Numbered from the stretch's first letter, positions 29,530 to 39,811 are shown. The stretch is 64,000 bases of DNA from an uncultured archaeon (GCA_964486045.1 CAZALK010000002.1:160001-224000); one strand, 5' to 3'. Numbers and translations: made by a program. The notes: a model not told the origin generated them from the sequence alone.

Positions 29530-29637
29530 TTAACACTCCGTTTGTAAGTGATTCAAAATCTTTTCTCATAAACATTTAGATTTTAATCTAAAGGGGACAA
29601 AAATGGGTGAATTCTAAGAGAAAATTTTTATAATACC
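29530..29637. repeat. Intergenic repeat B, copy 1 (about 108 bp)
   Basis: ttaacactccgtttgt..gtgattcaaaa...ctcataaa.atttagat.ttaatcta.agggga.aaaaatgggt.aattctaa recurs at 32626-32733. Confidence 0.85.
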
Positions 29638-29651
29638 TAAATTTTATTTAC

Positions 29652-29802
29652 TAATTCAGATGTTATAAATTATTGGTTAGTTCTACTATGAATAATCTCA
29701 CTTTTGAATGATAGCATTTTTAAATTTTGCTAGAAGATCATCCAAAACTTATTTATAAGACTTAAACTAAATATAATTAAAATCTTATTAATTAGGTTAG
29801 AA
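29652..29802 (+). repeat. Duplicated upstream/promoter region A, copy 2
   Basis: Collinear similarity to 26833-26983. Confidence 0.85.
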
Positions 29803-29822
29803 TTATAGATATAAAATCAAAA

Positions 29823-32579
29823 ATGTTAAATCAAAGAAACTGCAATATATTAACCGCTGTTCTGTTTCTGTTTATGATCACATCAGCTTCTATGGGAATA
29901 TTATGGCTTATGGATAATTTTAATAAAGCTCACATAAGAAATCTTGAAACTGAATCATTTAATTTTAACATCAAGGTTTCTGCTACTTATAATGATATTG
30001 TCATTGATGATTTACCAGGGAGTTTAACTAATTGGACTTGGGCAGAAACACAAATTTGGTTTGGAGGAGGTTCTGGAACTATAGGGTCACCTTATATAAT
30101 TGAGAGCCATACTTTTGAGTACTCAGCTGGCGGTGGTGATAGTTTTGCGATTTTAAATTCAAGGAAATATTTTATTATTAGAAATTGTACATTTGTTAAT
30201 TCAAATTCTATTGATGTGGGGCTTTATCTGAACAATGTTACTAATGGACAAATTCTTAATAATCAAATGTATAATAACTATTTTGGAATAGAATTCGTCA
30301 ATGTTAATGATACAATTGTCTCGGATAACAATGTCACTAATAATAATTTTTATGGGATATATTTATATAATAGTTATTCTAACAATTTTATTCAAAATAA
30401 CGTGTCTGATAACGTAGATAGAGGATTTCGTTTACAAGACTACAGTCTATTTAATAACATCGAGGGAAATCTCATAAAAGATAATGGTAATGATGGAATT
30501 TTATTAGAGGGAAACTGTAATAATAACACTATTTCGAGAAATATCATCACTAATAATGGAGATGTAATCCCGGAATACGGGATTGATTTTTCGGGACCGA
30601 ATCTTTATAATACAATCACAGGAAATATCATAACCGATCATACTATTGGGGGAATACATTTTTTTCCAGATAGTAACAATAACTCCTTGTATGAAAATAT
30701 ACTGAAAAACAATACGATTCATGCTCTTGACCAAGGTTCGAATAACGATTGGAATAATACACTTATAGGAAATTATTGGGATAATTATTCAGGATATGAT
30801 ATGGATTTAGATGGAATTGGTGATACTCCATATGATGTTCTTCCTGCTGGTGGTAGTCAAGATTATTTACCAATTTGGAATATACAGAGACCAATTGCGA
30901 TTGATGATCTTCCCGGTAGTTTAAATAACTGGACTTGGGCAGCGAATCAAGCATGGAGTAGTGGCTCTGGGACTGAATTAGATCCGTATATAATTGAAGA
31001 TTTAAATATAGATGGAAATAACACTGATTATTGTATTTCGATATCAAATTCTGAAGCATATTTTATAATTCAAGGTAATACACTTAATAACACGATTAAT
31101 ACCCTTACTGAAGGTGGAATTATATTATTTAATGTTTCTAACGGAAACATAATCGGGAACAATTTTTATAATAACAGAAATGCTGCAATATTTGGAACAT
31201 TAACTAATCATACCATAGTTTCAGGGAACACGCTTAATAATAACCGTCATGGAATATATATAGATGGTTCTTATAACGAATTTTTGGTTAATAAAATATA
31301 TGGAGATGCTACAGGAACGGGAATTGTGATACAGGGTAGTTATAATGACAATATAATTAATGGAAATATTATAGAGAATTGTTGGCAAGGAATATGGATA
31401 GCAATTGCTGATAATAATACACTTTCGGGAAACATCGTTTCCAATAATATGCAAAACGGAATCATTTTATTAAGCAATAGTGATTCTAATTTTCTTTCAG
31501 AGAATATAGTAGTAAATAACACATTGAGTGGGATTTTAATGCTCACTAGCAATAATAATACAATTGAAAGTAGTATAGTACATGATAATATGCAAATTGG
31601 AATTAATTTACAGTCTAGTGATAATAATACAATTTATGATAACGTTATAAGTGAAAATATTAATACCGGTGTCTGGTTTTATGGAGGTTCTGATGGAAAT
31701 TTATTATATAGGAATTTCTTCTCTGGTAATGGAAGACATGCATTTGATGAGGGCTCGAATAATGATTGGAATTCTACAACAATAGGTAATTATTGGGATA
31801 ATCATACTAGTCCAGATTTAAACCCCATAGATGGCATTGTCGACTGGCCATATAATATAAGTGGTTCTGCTGGAAGTAAAGATTATTTGCCTATAGCTGA
31901 AGACGGACCACCCTCAATAACTATTAATTCTCCTTCTGATAACGATATTTTTGGTACTAGTGCTCCGAGTTTTAGTGTTACAATTACCGATACTTTTTTG
32001 GATATAAAGTGGTATACTTTAGATGGTGGACTAAATAATTACTCTTTTACTGGATTAACTGGATTTATTGACCAATCTGCTTGGGATGCCATGCCTGATG
32101 GTATGATTGCATTAAAATTCTACGCTTCAGATAAACCAGGAAACATTGGATCAGCTGAAGTTAATATAATGAAAGACGCTCAATCACCAATTATTGTCAT
32201 TAATTCTCCAATTACTGATGAAATTTTTGGCGCTACTGCTCCTATCTTCATAGTAGAAATCTCAGATGAGAATTTAGACTCCATGTGGTATTCTCTTGAT
32301 GACGGATTAACTAATTTTACTTTCACTACCAATAGTACCGTCAACCAAGTAGTATGGTCAACTATATCTGAGGGATCTATTACTATTACGTTCTATGCTA
32401 ATGATACTGCAGGAAATCTTGAGTCTGAAAGTGTGAATGTAGAAAAGAGTCTTCTACCACCCGGAGATAATTTCATTATAATTATCATCATCCTTATCTC
32501 AATAGTTTCCGGAGTTGCTATTGTGACTGTTGTTCTAATTGTAGTCCTTAGAAAACGAAAACCAGGAGAAGCAGTTTAA
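29823..32579 (+). CDS. NosD/beta-helix surface glycoprotein (two beta-helix units, two Ig-like repeats, C-terminal TM)
   Basis: Two IDDLPGSLxNWTWA...GSGT..PYIIE caps, PbH1 repeats, IGNYWDN twice, many N-x-S/T sequons, TM plus RKRK tail. Confidence 0.88.
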   Translation: MLNQRNCNILTAVLFLFMITSASMGILWLMDNFNKAHIRNLETESFNFNIKVSATYNDIVIDDLPGSLTNWTWAETQIWFGGGSGTIGSPYIIESHTFEYSAGGGDSFAILNSRKYFIIRNCTFVNSNSIDVGLYLNNVTNGQILNNQMYNNYFGIEFVNVNDTIVSDNNVTNNNFYGIYLYNSYSNNFIQNNVSDNVDRGFRLQDYSLFNNIEGNLIKDNGNDGILLEGNCNNNTISRNIITNNGDVIPEYGIDFSGPNLYNTITGNIITDHTIGGIHFFPDSNNNSLYENILKNNTIHALDQGSNNDWNNTLIGNYWDNYSGYDMDLDGIGDTPYDVLPAGGSQDYLPIWNIQRPIAIDDLPGSLNNWTWAANQAWSSGSGTELDPYIIEDLNIDGNNTDYCISISNSEAYFIIQGNTLNNTINTLTEGGIILFNVSNGNIIGNNFYNNRNAAIFGTLTNHTIVSGNTLNNNRHGIYIDGSYNEFLVNKIYGDATGTGIVIQGSYNDNIINGNIIENCWQGIWIAIADNNTLSGNIVSNNMQNGIILLSNSDSNFLSENIVVNNTLSGILMLTSNNNTIESSIVHDNMQIGINLQSSDNNTIYDNVISENINTGVWFYGGSDGNLLYRNFFSGNGRHAFDEGSNNDWNSTTIGNYWDNHTSPDLNPIDGIVDWPYNISGSAGSKDYLPIAEDGPPSITINSPSDNDIFGTSAPSFSVTITDTFLDIKWYTLDGGLNNYSFTGLTGFIDQSAWDAMPDGMIALKFYASDKPGNIGSAEVNIMKDAQSPIIVINSPITDEIFGATAPIFIVEISDENLDSMWYSLDDGLTNFTFTTNSTVNQVVWSTISEGSITITFYANDTAGNLESESVNVEKSLLPPGDNFIIIIIILISIVSGVAIVTVVLIVVLRKRKPGEAV

Positions 32580-32625
32580 ATAATTTTTTTTTTCTTTAAT
32601 AGAATTGAAGAATTCAATTAATTTA

Positions 32626-32733
32626 TTAACACTCCGTTTGTCGGTGATTCAAAACCTTCTCTCATAAATATTTAGATCTTAATCTATAGGGGATAAAAAT
32701 GGGTAAATTCTAAAAGAAAAATTTAATAATACT
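32626..32733. repeat. Intergenic repeat B, copy 2
   Basis: Collinear similarity to 29530-29637; lies about 70 bp upstream of the aconitase start. Confidence 0.85.
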
Positions 32734-32800
32734 TTAATTTTAATTATTTTAGTATTTACTTTATCCAGTAATGCAAAAATAATGAAAATAATTGAAGAAT

Positions 32801-34729
32801 ATGGGAAAAACTTTAACTGAAAAAATCTTGGAACAACATTTAGTAGAAGGTAAATTAGATAAAGGATCAGATATAGCAATCAAAATCGATCAAACTCTAA
32901 CTCAAGATGCTACTGGAACAATAGCTTATTTACAATTTGAAGCAATGGGTATCTCACGAGTACAAACTGAATTATCTGTAAGCTATGTTGATCATAATAC
33001 ATTACAAACTGATTTTAAGAATCCTGATGATCACCGATATCTTCAGAGTATCGCAGCAAAATATGGCTTATATTTTTCAAGACCCGGAAATGGTATCTGT
33101 CATCAAGTTCATCTTGAACGATTTGCTCGACCAGGTAAAACATTATTAGGGAGTGATAGCCACACACCTACAGGGGGTGGTGTTGGATCAATAGCTATTG
33201 GAGCAGGTGGGCTTGATGTTGCCGCTGCTATGGCTGGCCAACCCTTCTTACTAAAAATGCCAAAAGTTGTGAATGTGTATGTTACAGGAAAACTTCCAGA
33301 ATTTGTGTCTGCTAAAGATGTAATATTAGAAATCTTGCGAAGAATTGGTGTAAAGGGAGCAGTAAATAAGGTCTTAGAGTATACAGGTCCAGGAATAAAA
33401 ACTTTAACGGCTCCTGAGAGAGGTACAATCACGAATATGGGAACTGAAACTGGGGCTACAACTTCAATTTTTCCTTCTGATGAGGTAACAAAAGAATTTT
33501 TAGAAGCTCAAGAAAGGGGAGATCAATGGATCCAATTAGAGCCAGATGAGGATGCTGTATATGATGAAAGAATTGAAATTAAATTAGACGAACTTGAACC
33601 ACTCGTTGCTGAACCTCACAGCCCTGGAAACGTGAAAACTGTAAAAGAGATTGAAGGTTTAAAAGTAGATCAAGTCTGTATTGGAAGTTGTACAAATTCT
33701 TCCCTAAAAGATTTGAAATCTGTTTCTAATATTCTCAAAGGAAGCACAATTGACGAAAATACAGTATTAACTATATCAGCTGGTTCACGCCAAGTAGTTG
33801 AACATATGATCCATTCTGGTGATATGATTAACTTATTAAAGTCAGGAGCAAGGATCCTTGAAAATGCATGTGGACCGTGTATTGGTATGGGACTTGCCCC
33901 TAAAACCAACGCTGTATCGTTGAGGACATTTAATAGAAATTTTCTGGGTAGATCTGGAACTAAAAGTGCTCAAGCTTATCTAGTAAGTCCTGAAACTGCA
34001 GCGGTTTCTGCTATTAACGGAAAGTTAACAGATCCTCGATCTTTTGGTTCTCATCCTGAAATCAAAATGCCAGTTAAATTTTTTGTAAATGATAATATGA
34101 TAATTCCACCACTTCCTATTGAAAAAACTAAGGATATAAAAATCGTGAGAGGTCCCAACATCAAACCTTTACCCGAATTTAATCCATTACTTGATATATT
34201 GTTAGGAGAAGTTCTCTTAAAAGTAGAAGACGATATTACTACAGATCACATAATGCCTGCAGGGGCGAAAATTTTACCTTTAAGAAGCAATATACCCGAG
34301 ATTAGTAAATTTGTATTTAATGTCGTTGATGAAACATTTCCTGAAAGGGCATTAGAAAAAGGAGGAGGCTTCATAATTGGAGGTGAAAACTACGGACAAG
34401 GATCAAGTAGAGAACACGCCGCAATTGCTCCCAAATATTTAGGTCTTAAAGCAGTAATTGTTAAATCCTTTGCACGTATTCATTTAGCAAATCTCGTTAA
34501 TTTTGGTATTGTACCATTAACCTTTGTAAATAAAAATGATTATAACAACATTGAACAAGGAGATAAGCTTGATATCGATCTTACTACTATCAATTCAGGG
34601 AAAATAACTTTAAGAAATCTTACTAAGAACAGTGAGATTTCATTGACACATTCTTTAAGTGATACTGAAATTGAAATATTAAAAGCTGGTGGAAAGCTTA
34701 CTTTCATCAAGCATAAACACACAAATTAA
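32801..34729 (+). CDS. Aconitate hydratase, short (Aquifex-like) type
   Basis: TQDATG, DHN, GICHQ, GSDSHT, IGSCTN, CGPCIG, TFNRNF, TTDHI, YGQGSSREHA. Confidence 0.92.
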   Translation: MGKTLTEKILEQHLVEGKLDKGSDIAIKIDQTLTQDATGTIAYLQFEAMGISRVQTELSVSYVDHNTLQTDFKNPDDHRYLQSIAAKYGLYFSRPGNGICHQVHLERFARPGKTLLGSDSHTPTGGGVGSIAIGAGGLDVAAAMAGQPFLLKMPKVVNVYVTGKLPEFVSAKDVILEILRRIGVKGAVNKVLEYTGPGIKTLTAPERGTITNMGTETGATTSIFPSDEVTKEFLEAQERGDQWIQLEPDEDAVYDERIEIKLDELEPLVAEPHSPGNVKTVKEIEGLKVDQVCIGSCTNSSLKDLKSVSNILKGSTIDENTVLTISAGSRQVVEHMIHSGDMINLLKSGARILENACGPCIGMGLAPKTNAVSLRTFNRNFLGRSGTKSAQAYLVSPETAAVSAINGKLTDPRSFGSHPEIKMPVKFFVNDNMIIPPLPIEKTKDIKIVRGPNIKPLPEFNPLLDILLGEVLLKVEDDITTDHIMPAGAKILPLRSNIPEISKFVFNVVDETFPERALEKGGGFIIGGENYGQGSSREHAAIAPKYLGLKAVIVKSFARIHLANLVNFGIVPLTFVNKNDYNNIEQGDKLDIDLTTINSGKITLRNLTKNSEISLTHSLSDTEIEILKAGGKLTFIKHKHTN

Positions 34730-34763
34730 CAATTTTTTTATTCTTTTTATTTTTACTTATTTG

Positions 34764-34967
34764 ACAAAAGTTCTTTATAATTATCAGGATCTAGATTTTG
34801 AATGATAAAAAGACCGATTACTTTCTGTTTCTTATATATCGTTGGAACGTGAGTCAAACTACTAAAATACGATTAATGAATTATTTAGTATTTTTAAAGA
34901 ATATGAACAAGAAGGGAAAATAAGACTTGAATATGATAGTGATGTTTATTACAGTAAGTTGGAATAA
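34764..34967 (+). pseudogene. Decayed C-terminus of a class I SAM-dependent methyltransferase
   Basis: Manual translation YQDLDFE**KDRLLSVSYISLERESNY*NTINELFSIFKEYEQEGKIRLEYDSDVYYSKLE, resembling the RLLSSSY...G.V..EY.T.VY tail of that family; three internal stops. Confidence 0.6.
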
Positions 34968-34980
34968 AATGTAAAGTAAG

Positions 34981-35934
34981 TTATATCCACTCATTTAAAA
35001 AATCCCGAATCGATTCAAATCGTTTTAATGAATCTAAAAATTCACCTTTTTTGAGTAAGTCCAGACCCTGAGAGTTAAATTTTTGAATATCAGCCTTTAA
35101 TTCTTCAAATTTAGCACCTTCCTTAAGTTGGATTAGTATTTGTGAATATTCTTCAACTTCCTTAGTTTTGTTTATCGATTCTGCTTGCGATATTAGACTT
35201 TCACAATTATTTATTGCTTCTTTAAATTTTTTCTGTTCCTTTTGAACTATAATTTTCTTTTTCAAATCTTCTATGTTTTCATTAACTTTATTGTAAGAAG
35301 TTTCCGCCTGATTAACATCACTTTTTATTTCCTCTAATTTATCTTTAAATTCTGTTAATCCTTTATCTTGAACTTGTTGCGTTAAATAGGTCAACCGTAT
35401 ATTTAACTCCCTAAATTGAAATTGTTTCTTTAATTCTTGACTTTCTTTTATTAGGTTTGTAATACCCTCGAGTATTTCTTTTTTTGCGCTTGCATCAAGG
35501 TATTTTCTTTCAATATTATCCCATTTTATTATAAATTTCTTGTGGTCTGATTGAAAAAGGAGTTTTTTCGCTTCTTTAATAACCTGGGCTACCTTATCAA
35601 AGTCTTCTACATTAAAAGCGTCATTATAATCAATTTCTAACTCTTTTAATTCAGATTCGAGTTCAGCACGAACTTTCGCTAATTTTTTTTCCTCACGTTT
35701 CTCGAGAAGTCCTTTAATTCGAGTAATTAATTGTTCTTGTTCTCTAATAAATGAAATAAGATTCTCTGACTTAGCTAGATCTATTATAATATACGCGAGA
35801 TCTAATGCTTCTTTTAGTTGTCCTTTCATAACTGATTGACCTTGAACAGCGGTTTTGTCATCAATTTCTGATATAACCCTTATTTTTCTTTTTTCATCTT
35901 TTTCTTCAATCTGTTTTGTTTTCTCTTCTGTCAA
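34981..35934 (-). CDS. Helical-repeat/coiled-coil protein related to the C-terminal part of the upstream gelsolin-domain protein
   Basis: FKEAINNCESLISQAESIN matches YSNAINNCEEIIKLAEKIN of the neighbour; TTG start; 23 bp gap. Confidence 0.7.
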   Translation of the reverse strand: MTEEKTKQIEEKDEKRKIRVISEIDDKTAVQGQSVMKGQLKEALDLAYIIIDLAKSENLISFIREQEQLITRIKGLLEKREEKKLAKVRAELESELKELEIDYNDAFNVEDFDKVAQVIKEAKKLLFQSDHKKFIIKWDNIERKYLDASAKKEILEGITNLIKESQELKKQFQFRELNIRLTYLTQQVQDKGLTEFKDKLEEIKSDVNQAETSYNKVNENIEDLKKKIIVQKEQKKFKEAINNCESLISQAESINKTKEVEEYSQILIQLKEGAKFEELKADIQKFNSQGLDLLKKGEFLDSLKRFESIRDFLNEWI

Positions 35935-35957
35935 ATTGTTCCACTTTTGCTCAATTC

Positions 35958-37580
35958 TTATTTAGTATATCTTTGTATTTGATTAATTATCTGTTCATAA
36001 AAATCTAATGATTCCTTATAAGATCTATTATTTAACGAGTTTAACCCGCTTTTACTTAATTGTTCTATATTATCAATTAGATCCCGAGCAGAAATGTATT
36101 TCTTCTCAAAGGTTTCCCAGTTATTCTTGATTTCCTCATCAACAAGCTCAATTAATAGCATTTTTGATTTTCCTAAAATTTGTTCTAATTTTGCTAGATC
36201 CATGATCTTTAGTGAAGATACTAAATCCTTTTCTAATTGTCCAAGATCAGTTCTTAATTTTTTCTGTTTTTCTTCAAAGACTTGTCTCTCTTCAATTGAT
36301 TTTTCTGTTTGTTCTAATATAGTTGAATATTTTTCTAAGAGTTCGGATTTATTTATCGATTGAGCAATCTGAATTATTTTTTGGCAATCTCTTAACACAT
36401 CATCTATCTGATTAAATTTCTGGTTGTTATTGATTAGTTTTTCTAAATTTTCTATTTCTGCTAACTTTTTATTGTATTCAAGTTCTTCAGAGAATATTTC
36501 TGCTTTTAAATCTTCTAATTTTTTCTGATAATCGGGAATACTTATTTTTTTGACTTGTACTAAGAAATCATTTATTTCCTCTTCAATTGCACTAAATTGA
36601 AAATTTAACTTCATCTTTTCACTTTCTTTTATAAAAACTTTAATGCTTTCTACAAGTTCAGCTTTTTGTTTAGCGCTTTGAAGATCATCTTCATATTTAC
36701 TCCATTTCTTTTTGATTTCATCGTTAACAAGATTTATAAAAAGAGATTTTCCTCTTTCCATTATTTTAATTGAATTTTCAATCTCAAGATTCTTTAATGC
36801 TAAGAATAAATCATTCTCTAATTTAGTAAGTTCTTTAACCAATCGTGCTTGTTCTTTTTTCCAAACTTTTTTTTCATTTGAAATTAATTCTTTGGCTGAT
36901 TTTATTACAGATAAATCGTATATTTTACCATTTTTTTCCTCAAATTCTACTACAATTGTGTGTGCTTTTAAAAATTCCCCATCAGCAATTAATTTAGAAA
37001 ATTGTTTATCAATTTCAACTGCCTCACTGTCAATATCTTCGTTAATTTCTTTATCTGCACTTTTTGCTGTTAATTTTGTTATTAATGTTTTTTGCTCAGT
37101 TATCAATGCTTCATCATTAATTTTTTCAGCCAGTTTAATAATTTCTTCACAATTGTTAATCGCGTTGCTATACTTTTCTGAATTAACTAATTTTTCCAAC
37201 GTCTTCTTTAAATCTTCTATTTTTTTGAGTGTCGGAAGCATCACTTTTTCTTGATAATCAATTAATTTATAAAGCTCTTCCTTGTTAAGCTCCAGATTTT
37301 TAAAGAAGTCAAAAGGCTCTTCTCTCATTTCAAATGTGAAATTCCGTATAATGCGAAAATCAGGAAATTCCTCTTTCACTCTTACTCTGATGTTAGATAT
37401 ATGATTCTTTAATGCTTGAGTAGCATTACTACCTACCCAAACATACATAATTTTTTTGGTAGTAATATAAATAGCTAAAATGTTAACAATAGTGAAGACT
37501 TCTTTTATATGCGCATACGAAACTTCATCAAAAGTCCCATTGAAATTGAGTTTAAATATATTTATAGCATTTTGAGACAT
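35958..37580 (-). CDS. Gelsolin-like domain fused to a long helical-repeat/coiled-coil region
   Basis: N-terminal ~90 aa has IFKL...IMYVWVGSNAT...EMREEPFDFFK, matching gelsolin-fold hallmarks (YxWxG; EPxxF). Confidence 0.7.
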   Translation of the reverse strand: MSQNAINIFKLNFNGTFDEVSYAHIKEVFTIVNILAIYITTKKIMYVWVGSNATQALKNHISNIRVRVKEEFPDFRIIRNFTFEMREEPFDFFKNLELNKEELYKLIDYQEKVMLPTLKKIEDLKKTLEKLVNSEKYSNAINNCEEIIKLAEKINDEALITEQKTLITKLTAKSADKEINEDIDSEAVEIDKQFSKLIADGEFLKAHTIVVEFEEKNGKIYDLSVIKSAKELISNEKKVWKKEQARLVKELTKLENDLFLALKNLEIENSIKIMERGKSLFINLVNDEIKKKWSKYEDDLQSAKQKAELVESIKVFIKESEKMKLNFQFSAIEEEINDFLVQVKKISIPDYQKKLEDLKAEIFSEELEYNKKLAEIENLEKLINNNQKFNQIDDVLRDCQKIIQIAQSINKSELLEKYSTILEQTEKSIEERQVFEEKQKKLRTDLGQLEKDLVSSLKIMDLAKLEQILGKSKMLLIELVDEEIKNNWETFEKKYISARDLIDNIEQLSKSGLNSLNNRSYKESLDFYEQIINQIQRYTK

Positions 37581-37744
37581 TAATATTCCAACAAACTAGT
37601 TTGTAATTAATTAGTCTAAAAATATCCTTTTAAACATTTACAAATAGATAGACTAGAGTAAGTGGACAGAGACTTATCTTTAAGTTTATAATACATAGAA
37701 TTTTAATGATCTTAAAAAAGTAAAAAAAAAATTAGTAGTTATAA

Positions 37745-38266
37745 ATGCCAATAATTTCAATTGAAGTTAAGGGAGAGGTTAAAACTCCAAATATTGACCT
37801 ATCAAGTTGGATTTCTGATTCAGCTTGGGTCATTGGTGATGTGATAATTGGACCAGAGAATGTTATTTATCAAGGAGTAATAATACGTGGAGATTTTGCT
37901 AGTGTTGAAATTGGGGCTAGAAATGTTTTTCAAGACGCTTGTATAATAAACACTGCAGAAGGTTTTAAAACTACAATTGGTAATAATAATTTAATAGGTT
38001 TTGGTGCAATAGTCCACGGTGCCACGGTTAAAAATAATACAGTTATAGGCATCCAGTCGGTGTTAATGATATCTGTAACTGTTGAAGATGACTCAATGGT
38101 TGGGGCAACCTCTTTTGTAGGTATGGGAAAAAAAGTTCCTGTAGAAAAAAGATGGATTGGTCGTGAATTAAGAGGCGAAAATACTCAAGGAAAAATGTGG
38201 GAATCAGGAAGACAATCGTGGAGAAAGATGGGACTTTCCATGAAAGATCAAAAAGAAAATCCTTAA
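37745..38266 (+). CDS. Gamma-carbonic-anhydrase-family LbH protein with degenerate zinc ligands
   Basis: VIGDVIIG, IRGD, NVFQD and VHGA present; two His ligand positions read N and F. Confidence 0.8.
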   Translation: MPIISIEVKGEVKTPNIDLSSWISDSAWVIGDVIIGPENVIYQGVIIRGDFASVEIGARNVFQDACIINTAEGFKTTIGNNNLIGFGAIVHGATVKNNTVIGIQSVLMISVTVEDDSMVGATSFVGMGKKVPVEKRWIGRELRGENTQGKMWESGRQSWRKMGLSMKDQKENP

Positions 38267-38353
38267 AACTATTTTATTTATTCTATTTATTTTGGACGAT
38301 AAAGAATTGAAATTTGAAATTAAAATTTTATTTGGATAAAAATGTAATAATAT

Positions 38354-39811
38354 TTAACCTAAATATCTCCTCCGATTTGCTGCCATTAAAACTTTTGATG
38401 ATAAGTCTTCAATCTTATTGAGTCTCAATGAATCTATTATATAATCTGTAATATTTTTATGTTCTTCATCCATCTCACAGTCAATTGATAATTCTTTTAG
38501 TTTTGATTCTATTACTTTAGGTATAAAGCGTTGGTCGGGGTTATAAAATTTAAGAGCATCCTTGAGGTCTTCTTCAAAATTTATATATTGGGTAAGAATA
38601 AAATCATAATCTCTTTGAGTTAAAGCATTTAATCCAAGTAATGCTGGTGGTAATCCCATGGAACACAAAGATGCCGTAAAACCAATTGCTCTTGGTAAAC
38701 ATTGGTCTCCCATTGAACGGCAATAACCAAATAGCCCAATATGAAGTTTTCTCTTCCTTCGTTTAGGTATAAACTTAGAAACTTTATTAATTAATGGTGC
38801 TAATTCTAGTACTTGTTTCCCATATTCTTCAGCATACTTTTCAACAATTTCTAAACATCTTTCTTCTTCCATAAAATGAGGATTCCTTCTTGGTGTTTCG
38901 TTTATTTTATCAATTGCTTTGGAGACCATATTCGGAGGATAGTCATACTTAAACGCAGATTGAAGGGTAAATGTTTGGACACTCGGATATTCTTTTAAGA
39001 CCCTTTCTACTGTGTCTGGTCGTAAATTACCTCTAAAAGGGGCTGATCCAACACCAATTATTGGATATAAATCTATACTTAATTCTTCGGATAGTTGATT
39101 AATTCTTTGGTGAGCAATTTTATTTACCACAACAGCAGAAAGTAGTCCATAATTTAACGCCGGATCGGATCTTGCAAAGAAGATTCGTTGGTATTCAAGA
39201 TTTTTATCACTAAGATAAGCTTTCAGTAGTAAATGAGAGAAAAGTATATGATGTTTATCTTCTACAAGAGGAATTACATTTATTTTATGTGGTTTAAATT
39301 GCCCCACCCATTCTGAGATTAAAATATCTCCATCCATTGTTGGATATTTTTGTTTTCCAATCACAAATTTATGATAGTAATTGTATATTCTATCAAGTCC
39401 TTGTTCTGAGGTGGTCATCGGTAATATAACTTCAAAAATAGGAGCAATATCATCATTAAAATATAAATTCGCAGCATCAAATGATCGAGGAATACTTTCT
39501 AGAGTTTCGATTAGCACTTTAGCTTCCGCTTTTTCTTCTTCAGGATTAGGTACTCTTATGGTTAAAAAAATATCTTTACCCAAACGAGTTTCTTTAAAAA
39601 AATCCGGATATTTTGTTAAAAGTTTTTTAACTACAAATCCATCAACCTCCTTACCTTCAGCATCCCACATTTGCTCATCACACCCAAGATGTGAATAAGC
39701 ATAAAAGGCTTCCTGGATTTCATCATCACCACCAAGATCGGAAGATTCCGCAAAAAAAGGTAAATGCACATTATCAGGATGCTGAGTACTCATACATCTA
39801 GGTATTTTCAA
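38354..39811 (-). CDS. ppcA: Archaeal-type phosphoenolpyruvate carboxylase
   Basis: MSTQHPDN, ARSDPALNYG, GSAPFRG, RKRKLHIGLFGY, LPRAIGF. Confidence 0.95.
   Translation of the reverse strand: MKIPRCMSTQHPDNVHLPFFAESSDLGGDDEIQEAFYAYSHLGCDEQMWDAEGKEVDGFVVKKLLTKYPDFFKETRLGKDIFLTIRVPNPEEEKAEAKVLIETLESIPRSFDAANLYFNDDIAPIFEVILPMTTSEQGLDRIYNYYHKFVIGKQKYPTMDGDILISEWVGQFKPHKINVIPLVEDKHHILFSHLLLKAYLSDKNLEYQRIFFARSDPALNYGLLSAVVVNKIAHQRINQLSEELSIDLYPIIGVGSAPFRGNLRPDTVERVLKEYPSVQTFTLQSAFKYDYPPNMVSKAIDKINETPRRNPHFMEEERCLEIVEKYAEEYGKQVLELAPLINKVSKFIPKRRKRKLHIGLFGYCRSMGDQCLPRAIGFTASLCSMGLPPALLGLNALTQRDYDFILTQYINFEEDLKDALKFYNPDQRFIPKVIESKLKELSIDCEMDEEHKNITDYIIDSLRLNKIEDLSSKVLMAANRRRYLG

Noticed and set aside
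18233-32579. CRISPR array or mobile element suggested by repetitive DNA
   Set aside because: The periodicity comes from LRR and beta-helix coding repeats; no identical spaced repeats, cas genes, transposases or terminal inverted repeats were seen
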